64,000 nt of DNA from the human T2T-CHM13v2.0 reference genome, Homo sapiens. The stretch lies in assembly GCF_009914755.1 (NCBI RefSeq), contig NC_060933.1; one strand, given 5' to 3'. Each line of letters opens with the position of its first letter. Position 1 is the stretch's first letter. Under the pieces are notes generated by a model. It saw only the letters and a list, made by a program, of their open reading frames with translations. It had not been told where the DNA came from and did no database searches. Below are positions 14,664-27,850 of the stretch, piece after piece. The position numbers were made by a program, and so were the translations under genes.

Positions 14664-15964
14664 TAAACAAACAAAAAAAGGATCAGCAATGTTTTAAGCA
14701 AAAAGTTATAAAAGGATTTTCAGTCTTCTAAAAGTCCACAGTTAACTCCTGTTCTGCATGTTATTCATGAACATTTCAGCTCTTCATGGGAGCCTTGGAA
14801 GTTTTTTCTCTATTCTAACATTACAATCTTCAAAACTTGCATTGAAGAGCACCTATCAGAGTCCTATGCCGATTATAAAACCACCTTTTGAAAGGGATAA
14901 AAGCAAAACAACTGTGGATGACAAAAGTGTTGAAACAGTCATAGTTAAAGACACAATTGACAAGGAAACTTGGTTACTTCTGTGGCATACAGCAATTTTA
15001 CATAATAATTACTACTGATAAAATATGCTAAAACATATCAGAATCACAGGAATTTCATACAACTCTGAGCACATACTAATAACACATTTATGTAAATATA
15101 ATCCAAAGAAGGTTAAACACTGTTTCATATTTGAAAATACTTCCTGTATGATTTTATTATATCGAATAAGCCAAATATGTCTCTTTTGGACTTCAGGGGA
15201 ATAATAGCTCAGAAGAAAAGCTTTCTTGGTTCTGAAAATCAAAAAATTAATGGGACCTAAGTTAGAATTTGACTTTGGAAATTTTGTCAAATATAAAAAG
15301 TATAAAACACTTGATATCACAAAATAGGATCACAGGTCATTGTAAAATAAGTCATTCATTTAGCCAAAGTGATACCTCAAAGAGTTAAAAAAAAAGGCAA
15401 AAATATTTATTCTTTGATTGAAGAGATTGATTTCTCAAACAATTAGCCCTAATAAAAACAACAGGAGGCCAATTAAATTTGTTTTTCAAAAATTTTTAAA
15501 CAATCTATAAAATTTTAATCATCTTGACCATAAGATATAATTTCCATAAGCCTTTTTATAACCTTTATAACCTTTATTAAGGAGTGGGTTAATGCTCCAA
15601 GAAAACCTTGTTAATCTGACACAGGGGCCAATATGCTGGTCTTGCATCAGCATGCCTTTGACATTAATGGTTAATTTATAGAGAAACTAAACTTATTTTA
15701 TCTCTCAAAATCTGCCCTTATAATCTCATGTGCCCACCTCTTCTGCAGTAGTCTTTGGACCTTGAGGAGTTGAATAGCTTTAATTTTTGGCGCTATGTCT
15801 CACGAACGCAGTTTATTTTGGTTGACATCTTCTACAGGATCTGTAGGTGAGGCTTTAACTGCTGTCAGTGTTTAAGATTTAGCAGGACTTGGTGTCCTTC
15901 TTAGACCCAGGAATCAAAGCCCTGTAACTTAATGGCACAAGTACTTTAAAAGCACATACAGAAA

Positions 15965-16438
15965 TGTAGAGCACCTGATTCTGTCACTGTTCTGGGCACC
16001 ACTATGTAACCTGCCATGATCCCTGGTGGACTGAACAAATGGGGGCAAATGTGGGAATAAAAGACAAGAGACAAAAGAGTATATTTGGAAGAAGGGGTCA
16101 GGGGAAACTTGCCTCTTGTGGACAAGGGCCCTGAGCTTTACACAGCCCTCCATATTTATTAGGCAAAAGAGACAGTGAGAAGGGGAGTGGAAGAAGGGGT
16201 CAGCTGCTTAGTCCAGAGTAGGCTTGCAAGACTGCATTCCTCAAACAACAGGCTCTAGATGTTGCAGTAGATAACCTCGGCACCCGGGAGTGATTGCCTC
16301 CAGCAAACCTTCTGTCGGCGGGAACACTTGTGAGTTTGCTCACATCCTGCATTCATGATAAACAGTTTGCTGTTCGATCATATAGCCTCCAGTGGAATGC
16401 TGAGTTGGTCACGTCCCATGGGCCTTCGGCTCCCTTCA
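15965..16438 (-). mobile_element. Solo LTR, LTR3-like (HERV-K HML-6), nested in the provirus
   Basis: TG...CA ends with a perfect 6-bp TSD CAGAAA (15959-15964 / 16439-16444). The minus strand contains GTGACCAACTCAGCATTCCACTGGAGGCTATATGATC, which I recall from LTR3. Confidence 0.8.
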
Positions 16439-18385
16439 CAGAAAGTTATATGGACGTAATAACCTTAATTAAAAAAAATATTCTTTTTGTTAATCTGCAT
16501 CTTTTCTAAGCAAACGAAAACTTAGTAATAATGACATAGGAATTATTTAGATAAAGTGTAAGATCTGTTTATTAGGCCAGTTACCCAAAGGCAAAAGAAA
16601 AGACCTTCTGCAGTGCGACTGCTGTTCTCTATGGGGAATATTATATTGGAAGAAAATACTCCTTTTAGATCTTTAAGATAAAACATTTTTTTAGCATCAG
16701 GCCACAACATTTATAACCAGAGGAAAAAAAATCTTACAGGAGCTGAAAATGAGTTGAAGATTAGTTATTATTTCAGGCCTTTTAAAAGGCGAGAGAAAAC
16801 AGAAAAGAGCAAGATGCAATAAAAGTCGAACTTTGTGTAAAAAAATTATAATGCCTTGTAATTTATTAAGAGTAAAGCAATACCTTAAGAAAATTTTGTA
16901 GTTCAAACCAATTCTTTAGTGTATAAGTGGTTTTTTAAAAATCAAAACCCAATCTCTGGAAAGACCATTTTAAATAATTTCCCTTTAATTGTAGACAACT
17001 TGCTCATATGAAAGCTTTTTTTTTCATCTGTCTTCTTCTTATGATGTAAACAGACCATTTCTGACATGCTTGGACTTTCTAGTTTTCCTGAGCATCCCTC
17101 TTTCTGAAAAAAAAAAAAAAAAAAGTCATTTTATTCTAGGACAAAATTTACCATAAAAGATTCTTTCTTGTATAAAATTATTTTTCTTTAAGCTTTCTTA
17201 CCAAAATTACCTCTTTATTTCTATAACTTTCTTTACATCTCTCTCATTTCCTGATTCCCTTCACTTTGTTTTATACATAACCTTTAAATAAGCTTTGAAT
17301 GAGACAAAAATTATTCACCTTTTAAAAAACACACTTTTTTTTAGAAAGAATGTTTTCTTACAATATATTTTTTAATTGGAATATACCCAACTAATGAAAT
17401 ATCTATTATTTAATTTAACTTTAGATTCTAAATTATGACACATTTGTCTATAAGTATTTATCCCATTACATTTACCTAATTATTTTTAATACTGTACCTA
17501 GATTACTGTATTTATGAAAACTGCAATAGTCATTATTTAAAGTTATTTCCCTGCCAACCATTTTATAGCCTGTGAATTTCAGGTGTTTATCTAAGTAGAA
17601 CCTTAAGATTAAATATATGGTTATTTTACTAAATCAAGATTTAGCTATTTTCATTAAACTAATGTTCTTGTCTTATTTATCAGACAGTACACAAGCAAAG
17701 GTTATCCTGTTTTGGGCTGAGTTTATAGTTTTGTAACCCTTGTGCCAAATTTTGACACCTTATAGTATTTGGCAGGGATAAGTATGAAATTGCTTGATCA
17801 ATAAATGCAAACAAAAATGTATGCTGGCAATTCTTAAGACATTTCTAATATTGCTTTACCAGTAATTTTAAAACTAGCTTATTAAAGACTTAAGTCGTGT
17901 GAACTTGAAAAGCATTTGGGTTTATCATTTAATTTATGAGTACTCTTTAAGCCATTGTCATACCTTGTAGCGAAAAACACAACAAAATGTGTATGTACAC
18001 ATAAACACACACATACATACTCATACAACCAAAAATCCTATAGCTTTTACTTCAGAACTCTAGCCATGAAATATTAATACAAACACATTGTCCTGCAGAA
18101 ACAATAACAAAAATAAATGTCTGGATGCAAACAGTGGATTTTATCTCAGGAGAAATGTAACAGCAGACTTAAAGCAGGCAGAGGCAGAGAAGAAAGCAGA
18201 GAGATAGAGAACTTAGGAACTTTATAGTTGCAGATCGACTTTTGGGCTCTGAATTTTTCTTGCTGTAATTGTGCATGAAAATACCATATATGTTCATTTT
18301 ACAAAAATACTTGCAAGAAGAGGCACCATAAAACCAACAGAGTGCCTGAAAGAGGGTCATTCTCCTTGTTTTTCCTTATTCTTAG

Positions 18386-18699
<314 letters not shown>

Positions 18700-20291
18700 T
18701 TTTTTATTTATTTATTTTTTATTTTAAGGGACGAACTGAGCTGTGGCCTAGCATTTTAGTGGAGTGTGTCAAAGTGTGCTGGTTGCGGGTGAGACTCTAC
18801 AGTGTGTCACCACTGAGCCATTTCCACCCTCTTACGTGTCTCAGTTTCTCTCTGTGTAGTTCTAGCACCTCCAAGAGGCTCAAAATCAAAATGCAGGGTG
18901 ACCAGCTCCTATATGCACTTCCTGAATGAGGCTTTTTAAACTAATTTTGTTGGGGGTTCCCTGTAGGGTTGCTGCATGTCATGGGGGGGTCAACCCCCCA
19001 AGACACTCCCACTTGCCCTCCAGTCACCCAGGGGCACCTTTCAGCTGGGAGGTGCAAAATGCCCTTTCTCTTTGAAGCTGAGGAAACTCATTCTCCCATT
19101 TATCTGTGAAAACAATAGTTCAATTCCTCATGCAAAATGCTCACACTAGCCAATTGAGATTAATTTCAGGAGGAAAGGCAATGGAGAAGACACCCTTTAG
19201 AATGTACCTCTGAACTAGAATTAGGGTCCTAAACAATAACTTCCTAGGAGAAAAAAAAAAAAAAACAGCTAAGACCACTTCCTGTAAATTGTCCTCAGCC
19301 ACCTCTAACTTTGTACTCTCATCCACCATTATACACACTAAGGTCAAATCCTCTCCCGGTATAAGGTAATCTCTGGTACCCCCAAAAGCCAAAGAGGTCA
19401 GGTCTTACAATACAGGAGAGCAGAGCTTCAGACCTAAGAAGAATCTGCTCATGACTCTTGAAACTCCACAAAGAAAATGGAACACCCCAAAAAGGGGCGG
19501 GTGGTGCCTTTGTTCTGAATACTTTAAGGGGTTTGAGTCATTGGAAGCCTCCTCTAGGTTTTTATTGGTACTAAAGATAGTGAAGGGGGAAGGAGGTATA
19601 GGGCGGAAGAAAAGTAAACGAAAGAAAAAAAGTTTTTAAGACAGGAAGCAAGGATAGCAAACGTGCATGTTGTGTTTTTTTTTCCCCTCTCTTGCAGCTG
19701 TGAGAAATTTTAGCCAATTCAGAGAGGTCTTGTTACCCATAATTTAGAATTCTCATTCAGATTTGACCAAGTCAGGTAGAGCTGGTCAAATCTGATGGGA
19801 GAAAGATCAGAACAACAACCAAAAAAACCCTAACAACATGATTACTGAGCACTTTAATAGTAAGGAGAAATTAGGAACAGCTGGTTGTTAATCTTAACTT
19901 CAGCTAAGACAAAACCCCAATTCAGCTACTTACTAGAGATAGGTCTTAGGCAGAAGATTGCTCTCTACCATCCTAGAAGCAGGAAAGAATTTAAACTTGC
20001 CTTCCCTGTTAGAAATGAGCTCAAACTCCAGAAAGGAGTTAGGTGCCTTCCATCATCCTAGAAGCAGGAAAACTTGCATTCCTTGTTGGAAGCAAGTAAG
20101 ACTGCAAAAAAAGAATTGTACAGCAAAATAAACTTTAGAACTTGACCAAATTTTGGGAGATCAGGGATTCTCTGGAGGGGAGGCTCCTAGGCCTCAGCAA
20201 ATTGTCCTATTGGTTTGAACCATAAAGAAAGCTCAAGCTGGTATCAAGCACCGATATGAGATTTGTCAAAGGTCAGTGGCACCTCCACTCA

Positions 20292-20311
20292 GAATCCCTT
20301 CTTGGTTGCCA
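20292..20311 (-). other. Retroviral primer-binding site, tRNA-Arg(TCG)-like
   Basis: The minus strand reads TGGCAACCAAGAAGGGATTC 3 nt after the LTR's CA. The plus strand GAATCCCTTCTTGGTTGCCA differs at one base from the recalled tRNA-Arg 3' end GAATCCCTTCGTGGTTGCCA. Confidence 0.75.
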
Positions 20312-20314
20312 AAA

Positions 20315-20864
20315 TGTGAACCCCAAATATCTGAGACAGGTCTCAGGAAAGTTAGGTAGTTTATTTTGCAAAGGTCAAAGACATGCCCGTGACACAGCCT
20401 CAGGAGATCCTGACAACATGTGCCCAAGGTGGTTGGAGCACAGCTTGGTTTTATGCATTTTAGGGAGACATGAGACATCAATCAGTATATATAAGGTGTA
20501 CATTTGTGCTGTCCAGAAATGCAGGACAACTCAAAGTGGGGAGGGGGCTTCCATGTCATAGGTAGATAAAAGACAAATGATTGCATTCTTTTGAGTTTCT
20601 GATTAGCCTTTCCAAAGGAAGCAATCAGATATGCATTTATCTCCGTGAGCAGAGGGGTGACTTTGAGTTCCATCTGTCCTTTGTCTGCAAGGAATTTCCT
20701 TATGGACAAATTATTAGGGAAGTATGTAGCTTTTTTTTATCTTAGTAGCTATCTTTTTAAGGGCTAGAATGGGAGACAGATTTGCCCTAAGTAGTTCCCA
20801 GCTTGATTTTTTTTTCCCTTTGGCTTATTGATTTGGGGATCCTGAGATTTATTTTCCTTTCACA
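20315..20864 (-). mobile_element. 5' LTR (MER4A-like)
   Basis: About 90% identical by eye to 12566-13111; followed on the minus strand by the PBS. Confidence 0.85.
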
Positions 20865-21116
20865 AAGCTAAGGCCAGAGAAGTGCTTAGCAGAGATGTGC
20901 TAGAAGGGACTCTGGGGTGGGTGGGAGGATGCCCTGAAAGGTACGTTCTAATGCTGGAGCTCCAGGCGAAGGTGTGGTCCTGGAGGAGCAAAGGAAAGGG
21001 AATCATGGAGCCTCCAGTTATCTGAGGCTTTAGCGCTTTCCACCCCCCAGCCTCACACCCACTGAACCAGGGGCATGGGCGAAGGGGCACAGCTCCTCAT
21101 GCCAATTTCATTTCAG

Positions 21117-21266
21117 GGTCCAAGCAGTGAAGACAGTTTAACAACAGCTGCAGCTGCAACCGAAGTGTCCCTCAGTACTTTTGAGGATGAGGAAGCCAGT
21201 GGGGTCCCCACAGATGGCCTGGCTCCCCTCACAGCCACCATGGCCCCTGAGCGGGCAGTCACTTCT
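21117..21266 (+). CDS. COL15A1: COL15A1 exon ~10 (150 nt), repeat 3: GPSSEDSLTTAAAA...PERAVTS
   Basis: catttcag|GGT ... TCT|gtaagt; 50 codons. Confidence 0.95.
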
Positions 21267-21675
21267 GTAAGTGTCATCTTGTGTCCTCTCTGGCTCACAG
21301 GGGAGAGACAGGTCTGCATCATGCGACAACAGTCATCCTTGGCCTTGGCAGGGGCACCTGTAGCTTGGTTATGAGCACATGTCTGGGTGGGCAGCTGCTG
21401 GAGGGAGGCAGGACACAATGCTGGAGTGTAGCAGAGGCCACAGCCCTGCTCCCTCCTAGCCTTGCCCAAGAATTTACTCAGAGACAAGTGGTCCACAGTT
21501 GGCACTGAGGCTTAGAAGAGATGCATATTTCAGAAGGGGTGTGCTGGGGGTAACGATGATCGTAGGTAAGAACGTGCTTTGAAACTGGGCTGGCACCACA
21601 GAAACGACTGTTACAACTCCCTGGCAGCCTCATGAGCGAGGTGAGGTGGTGCCTTAATGCTGGTTTTGTTTTCAG

Positions 21676-21819
21676 GGTCCTGGTGATGAAGAAGACTTGG
21701 CAGCAGCCACAACAGAGGAGCCCCTCATCACAGCTGGGGGTGAAGAGTCCGGCAGCCCTCCCCCTGATGGGCCACCGCTGCCCCTGCCCACAGTGGCTCC
21801 TGAAAGATGGATCACTCCA
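21676..21819 (+). CDS. COL15A1: COL15A1 exon ~11 (144 nt), repeat 4: GPGDEEDLAAATT...PERWITP
   Basis: tgttttcag|GGT ... CCA|gtaagt; 48 codons. Confidence 0.95.
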
Positions 21820-24672
21820 GTAAGTGGCATAGAGCTGTAAGATTTGACTTGGCAGACCTTACAGGGGAGAGAAAGAAAGGCCAGAGTTGTGGGAAGGGCT
21901 GGCCCCCAGCTTTCTCAGAGGTAGGTTTTCATGTTGGTTTGCAAATTTGGGCATTTGAGGAGCTTTAACCTGAGGAAAGCTTGAGGAAACTCCAGATCAT
22001 AGAGAAAAAGCAAGAGATTAAAGTCAAGGGGACCTAGCTTTGTGTCCCAAACTGATCTTTGGATTGAAATGAGATCTAACAGTCAGTGTTCTTCTGGGGA
22101 CAAAGTTGACAGTAAGACGTGGCGGGTCTGTAGAGGGGATGAGAGCATCAGTGCTGTGTGTGTGTTGGGGGTGACCTCCAAGTCCCTGCCAACATGAGTT
22201 TTTATGACTCTTGGCTACAACTGTGTGACCTTAAGCAAATCCGTTGATTTCTTTGGCCCTCCGTTTCCTCATCTGTGAAAATGAGTGGCTGCAAGGCCAA
22301 GTCAGAGAATGAATGCAGGTTGGAGAACGTTTACAAAGCTCTGTACCCACACCTAGGGTTGTCACCACTTAAGGACTATAACTGTGTCTCTTAGAAATAG
22401 GAAACCCAGACCTGGCCCTCAGCTTGGGCTTGTGTGAAGAGGGACTGCTCTTCCAATGTGAACACATTTTTAAAGGAAAATATCTCCTTGGTGATCAGCA
22501 TTGGCTCATCAGTTCCCCAAACACCACTTGGTCATGCACACTTTGAAAGCCACCACTCAAGCTACAGTCATGTGGCCCATTGGCCACGGTGCGGCAGGAC
22601 TGACCTGTGAGGGGAGGGGCTGTGGGACGGGAGATCAGGACAGCCCCCTGAGGTCCTGAATGCCCCTTGCTCCGGGGCCTCCTATAGCGGTTATCACGCT
22701 GCTTCCTGTCTCTTTAGAGTTGTCTTGCATTCATTCGTTGATTCACTCATTGACTGGACACATAGCGGCTCTGGGCCCTCAGTCAGGACACTTGTAGATA
22801 GAGATGAATGTGACCTCACTCCTGTCCGCAACAAATTCACAATCAAGCGGCAGGAAGTAAGCCATCTGAACTGACATTGATTAATCACTCTGTGCTCCAA
22901 GTTTACCTGATTCTCTTCACCACATTCCTCTTCAGTATAAGGTGAATGGGAGATAAGATGTGGAGAGGTAAAGTCACCTGCCACTGTTGCCTGCCTCTGA
23001 GAGGTAGAGCTGGGATTTGAACCTGCATGCTGGCCTGCAAAGCTGGAGCTCTTGAGCTTCACCCAGCTGAAGTCCTCATCCATGAGAGTGTGGTGTGGTG
23101 GGAAGATCCTGGACTGGGGGCCAGGAGTTCGAGGTTCTGCTTCCAGAGATGCTGCTGACTTGTTGTAGGCCCTGGGCCTCCTTGTCATCATCTATAAAAG
23201 GAAAAAAGGTGAAGAACAACTCTGGTTTTTAACTCTGGTCACGCATTAGAGATGGCTGGGAAGCTTAAAACAATGCAGGTGTCTGAGTCCAGTGCTAGAC
23301 CAAGTAACTGAGACACTGGGGCTGGGGCTTTGGGCTTGCAGGGCATCTAGTGGGCAGCCAGCTCTGGATTGACCCGCTCATGCACTGTGACTTCCCAAAC
23401 AATGTCCCCCTGCTCTTCTGCACCTCACCCCAAGGTATACACAAAGCACCAAGTTCAAATCTCCCTAGTGATGCCACATCGGGCACAGATAGAGCCGGTT
23501 CTCCTGTTTCTTTCTCTTTTTAACGTTTTATTATTGAAAACCTAAAAATGTCACAAAGGAGCTTAGACAAAGGAGCTTAGAATAGTATAATTAACCCCCA
23601 CATACCCATCGTTCAGTTTGGATAATTATCAACACTGACAATCTTGCTTCATCTGTTCCACCTCCTACCACCATCTTTTTTGGAGAGAAGGGGAATACTG
23701 GAGTATTCAAAAATCAACCCCAAACATCCTATCATTTATTTAACTGGTAAATAATTCAATGTGTATGGCTGATAGAGTGATCTGGTACCTTTGTTTTGGT
23801 CATAGCCATAGTATCACGATGCATCTAACAAAATGAGCAGGGGTTCCTTCGTATTATCTAATGCCCTGGCTATTTTGTTTTAAAATACCTCTTTCCAGTT
23901 TGTTTGACTCTGAATCCAAACAAGGTCTACACATTGCATTTGGTTGATACGTCTCTTAAGTGTCTCTTAATCTCTAATTGTCTCCCGCCTTCTTTTTCCC
24001 TTTTGCCATTAATCTGTTGAAGAAACTGGGTCAGTTTCTTCCTTAGACCCTTGATGTTTTCAGCTTTGAGAAGTCAGTCTGGTAAGGCTGGCTGTGCTCA
24101 TGGGAGTGTGAGGGTTACTGCTCCTGGGAAGCTCTTTGTCCACATATATTAACAATCATAAGAGCGCATATTGCTGACCAGAAACTTCTCTTCTAGGAAT
24201 TGATTCTAGTGGAGATAGTCTGATAGCCTTTGTTGTTGCCGCTTTTTAAAAAAAGGCTTTGTTTACAAGGATGCTAATCTCAGTGTTGTCCATAATAGAG
24301 AAAAATTGGGCATAATTTAATTAGCCAACAATAGAAGATTAATTGAATTAAAGTATATTCAAACAATGGAACATTATGTAGCTAATAAAATTATACCTGT
24401 TAGAAATATTTAATGATGGGGGAAATGCTTAGCATATAATGTTAAGTGAAAGAAGCTGGTTGTAAACCTAGTATATTGTGTGGTTAACTATTTAAAAATA
24501 CACACATGCAAAAACACTAGAAGGAAATACCCTCTGTAAATGTTGGCAGCTGTTGCCTCAAAGTGGTGGAACTGTGGAAGGTTGTTAGGTTTTTAATACA
24601 TTGTGGTTTAATACATTTTCTACTATGGTGGCTTACAATTTTTATGATAGATTTTTTAAAGCTCTGAGAAGG

Positions 24673-24730
24673 AAGAGAGAGAGAGAGAGACAGACACAGA
24701 GAGAGTTAGAGATAGAATGAGAGAGAGAAA
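24673..24730. repeat. (GA)n imperfect microsatellite
   Basis: agagagagagagagagacagacacagagagag... Confidence 0.85.
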
Positions 24731-24822
24731 CGGAGACATGGTTGATGTCTGATGAAGACATTCCTGCTAAGTCCCCACGTTAGGGATCTGCAATGAACTC
24801 AGATGAATGCCCCGATTCCTGA

Positions 24823-25213
<391 letters not shown>

Positions 25214-25255
25214 CTCTAGGATCAGTATTGGCCCAGCCTCTAGGATCAGTATTGG

Positions 25256-25364
25256 CAGATATGTGACAGAGCCAGGCATGCTATACTGCCATGGTGACTC
25301 TAGGTCAGTTTGAATCTCAGAGTCACCATGACAGTATAGCTTGCCTGGCTCTGCTACATATCTG
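25256..25364. repeat. Inverted repeat with 46-bp arms and a 17-nt loop
   Basis: Arm 25256-25301 matches the reverse complement of arm 25319-25364 at 42 of 46 positions. Confidence 0.95.
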
Positions 25365-26088
25365 TGGCCAGTTTTCTTCACTTCTCTCTGTCACAGTTGA
25401 CTCATGCATCAAATGGGAATCATAATCTTAGAACCTACCTCTTGATTTGTGAGGATTAAATGAGTTCATCCATGGAAAACATGACCCAGCACATAGTACA
25501 TGCTCAATAAATTAGCTGTCTAGAATTATTTTGCAGATGAGGCCCAGAAAGGATTAGAGCTTTGCTCCTAGGGGTCCAGTAGGAGTGAGAGCCTTTGTCT
25601 CTGGATTTTTTAGTGCTTTGGTTTTCTGCACTGTTTACAACCACTGTCTTCAGACGGGAGCCAGAAGTTGATTAGCAAAGCCCACACTGGTCACAATGAT
25701 GTCATTACATTTCTAAGGACTGACTAATAGATCTTAACAAATATATGGAGAATGTTGCCCTGGAAATGAAGTAATATATTTAAAAATCTGTGTTGTGGAA
25801 CACAAGTGAGAGAGAAGACTGATTGTCAGGTGTGGGTGACTCCAAATGCCAGGCTCTTCCCACTAGTCATTTGGCAAATAGGTACTGAGAGCTTATTATC
25901 TGCCGGTGCAGGGGATGGTGCAGTGATCAGGCAGCCTCTCTCTTCATGGGGCTCACTGACTTCAGCCCAGTACAAGCCCTAGCTCATGCCCAGCTCACTG
26001 ACCAGGACCAGGGAATGTCATCGGAACTCAGCAGCCCCATGTCCCAAATATGTTGTGGCCACGTTTTAACCAAATCTTCTTCTTTTAG

Positions 26089-26142
26089 GCTCAAAGAGAA
26101 CATGTGGGAATGAAAGGACAGGCTGGGCCCAAAGGAGAAAAG
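26089..26142 (+). CDS. COL15A1: COL15A1 exon ~12 (54 nt) AQREHVGMKGQAGPKGEK, start of the collagenous region
   Basis: ttcttttag|GCT ... AAG|gtttgt. Confidence 0.93.
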
Positions 26143-27790
26143 GTTTGTGCTGTGACCATCCTGGGGAACACTTTGGCTCCTGATCAAGTGTCCTGAACAT
26201 GTTATTTAGGTTTGATTTAGCCCACTCTGATCAAGGGGATCGCAGAAGCAGCAAGAGGGCTAAGCCCAAAAGAAATGGACTTGTAGGTCTGGGAGAATCA
26301 GGAAAAGGGCACTGGGCAGTTCTGACTGAGTCTCTTCTCACCACCTGGTGACCGTGGCCAAGTCCCTTGACCTCCGTGGGCCTTGGCTTCTCTGTCGAGT
26401 ATCAAAGGGTCCTATGATTCCACACCTGGCTCTGCCACACATCTGCAACCAGTTTTCTTCACTTCTGTGTCCGGGCTCTGGGCTCTGCCCCTGATTTTCT
26501 TCCTGGGAAAATGTTGGGCAGACAAGAGCTTTTGAGGACCACAGGCCTAGGTTTGCCTTTTTGTAGCTGTGGGATCTCCCGAAAGTTCTTTACTATTTCT
26601 TTGCTCCAGTTTCTCCATCTGTAAAATGGAGGTGGTGATGATGACCCTGCGGTGTGGGATGACGTGAGGGGATGTTTATAGAAGTGCTTTAGCTGGTGTC
26701 AGTCACTGCGGGAATAACAAATTCCTCTTACCAAAACACCTATTGGTGATAAGCTGTTCCCAGGGGGATGTGTCCACAGTGACCCCAGTCAAGAGATCCT
26801 GCCCAGGGAGCCTGCTCTGGCCATAGGCAGCAGCTTGGCTGCCTCTGGGAGCCTTCTCATCTCCACCATGACCCTGGTCCTCTGCCTGTCTCACCTCCCT
26901 CTGGGCTGCACAGAGGCCGTTCCTTGCAGCAGATGATGCTCCCGTCCTGGGGCCTCCTGAGTGCCCACCGGGGTGTGGGGAAGGGAGGGCCAGGGCTGGG
27001 GAGGGCGGTGTCCTCACTTCTCTCTGCCTCTGGCTACCTCAGTGGACTTCAGATGGAGCAGGGCTCTGGGGTGTAGCAGGAGGCACACAGATTTGGGGAC
27101 TTTACTGTGGACATTTCCTCTCTCCTTTTGGTGGATCTGGCCATCCTGTCACCTTATTTGTCAGAGAAGCCACTTCTCTGGGCCCTTTTTGACAGCCAAA
27201 ACCTCCTGGGATGCCACTCTGTCATTTTCTTTCATCTGCCTCTTTTCCAAATGTGTGCTTCTGTCATTCGAAAAGCATTTTCTGGGGCACTAGCCTTGTG
27301 CCAGGTGCTGGGACCTGGAGGTGATTCAGGCACTGTGCCTGCCCTTGAGGGGCACATGGTCCCAGAGGGGCAGACTGTGAGCAATGATGTTCCTGTAAAG
27401 GTCACACGCCCTGGTGAGAGGAGCAGGTGGGCAGGGCAGGCTTCAGGGGAGTCCACACTGGGCCTGAGCACTGAGCACTGGTGCTCTAGCAGGGCCCAGA
27501 TCAGAGGGTGGGGATAAATCCTGGAAGAAGGGAGGGTGTGTGTGATGCGTGCTCATACTGGTCAGCTCTTTCCACCACAGCCTGTGCCCTCCAAGTATGG
27601 CACAGAAACAAAGGGCTTCTGAGCCCTGGGGTGGGACAAGGCATTCCCTTAAGCTGTCTCTGCAAAGGACAATGCCATTTTTCTTTCCTGTGTGATCCTG
27701 ATTTTAAAGATGAGCACGATTTCTACAGAAAGGTGGGGAGATGGTAGGAACAGAGTTCCAGCCGTTCACTGACCATTTTGTTCTCTTTAG

Positions 27791-27850
27791 GGTGATGCTG
27801 GGGAGGAGCTTCCTGGCCCTCCTGAACCTTCTGGGCCTGTTGGACCCACG
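27791..27850 (+). CDS. COL15A1: COL15A1 exon ~13 (60 nt) GDAGEELPGPPEPSGPVGPT
   Basis: ctctttag|GGT ... ACG|gtgaga. Confidence 0.94.

Noticed and set aside
20292-20311. tRNA-like sequence ending in CCA
   Set aside because: Only the 3' 20 nt are present and they adjoin an LTR; this is a PBS, not a tRNA gene.
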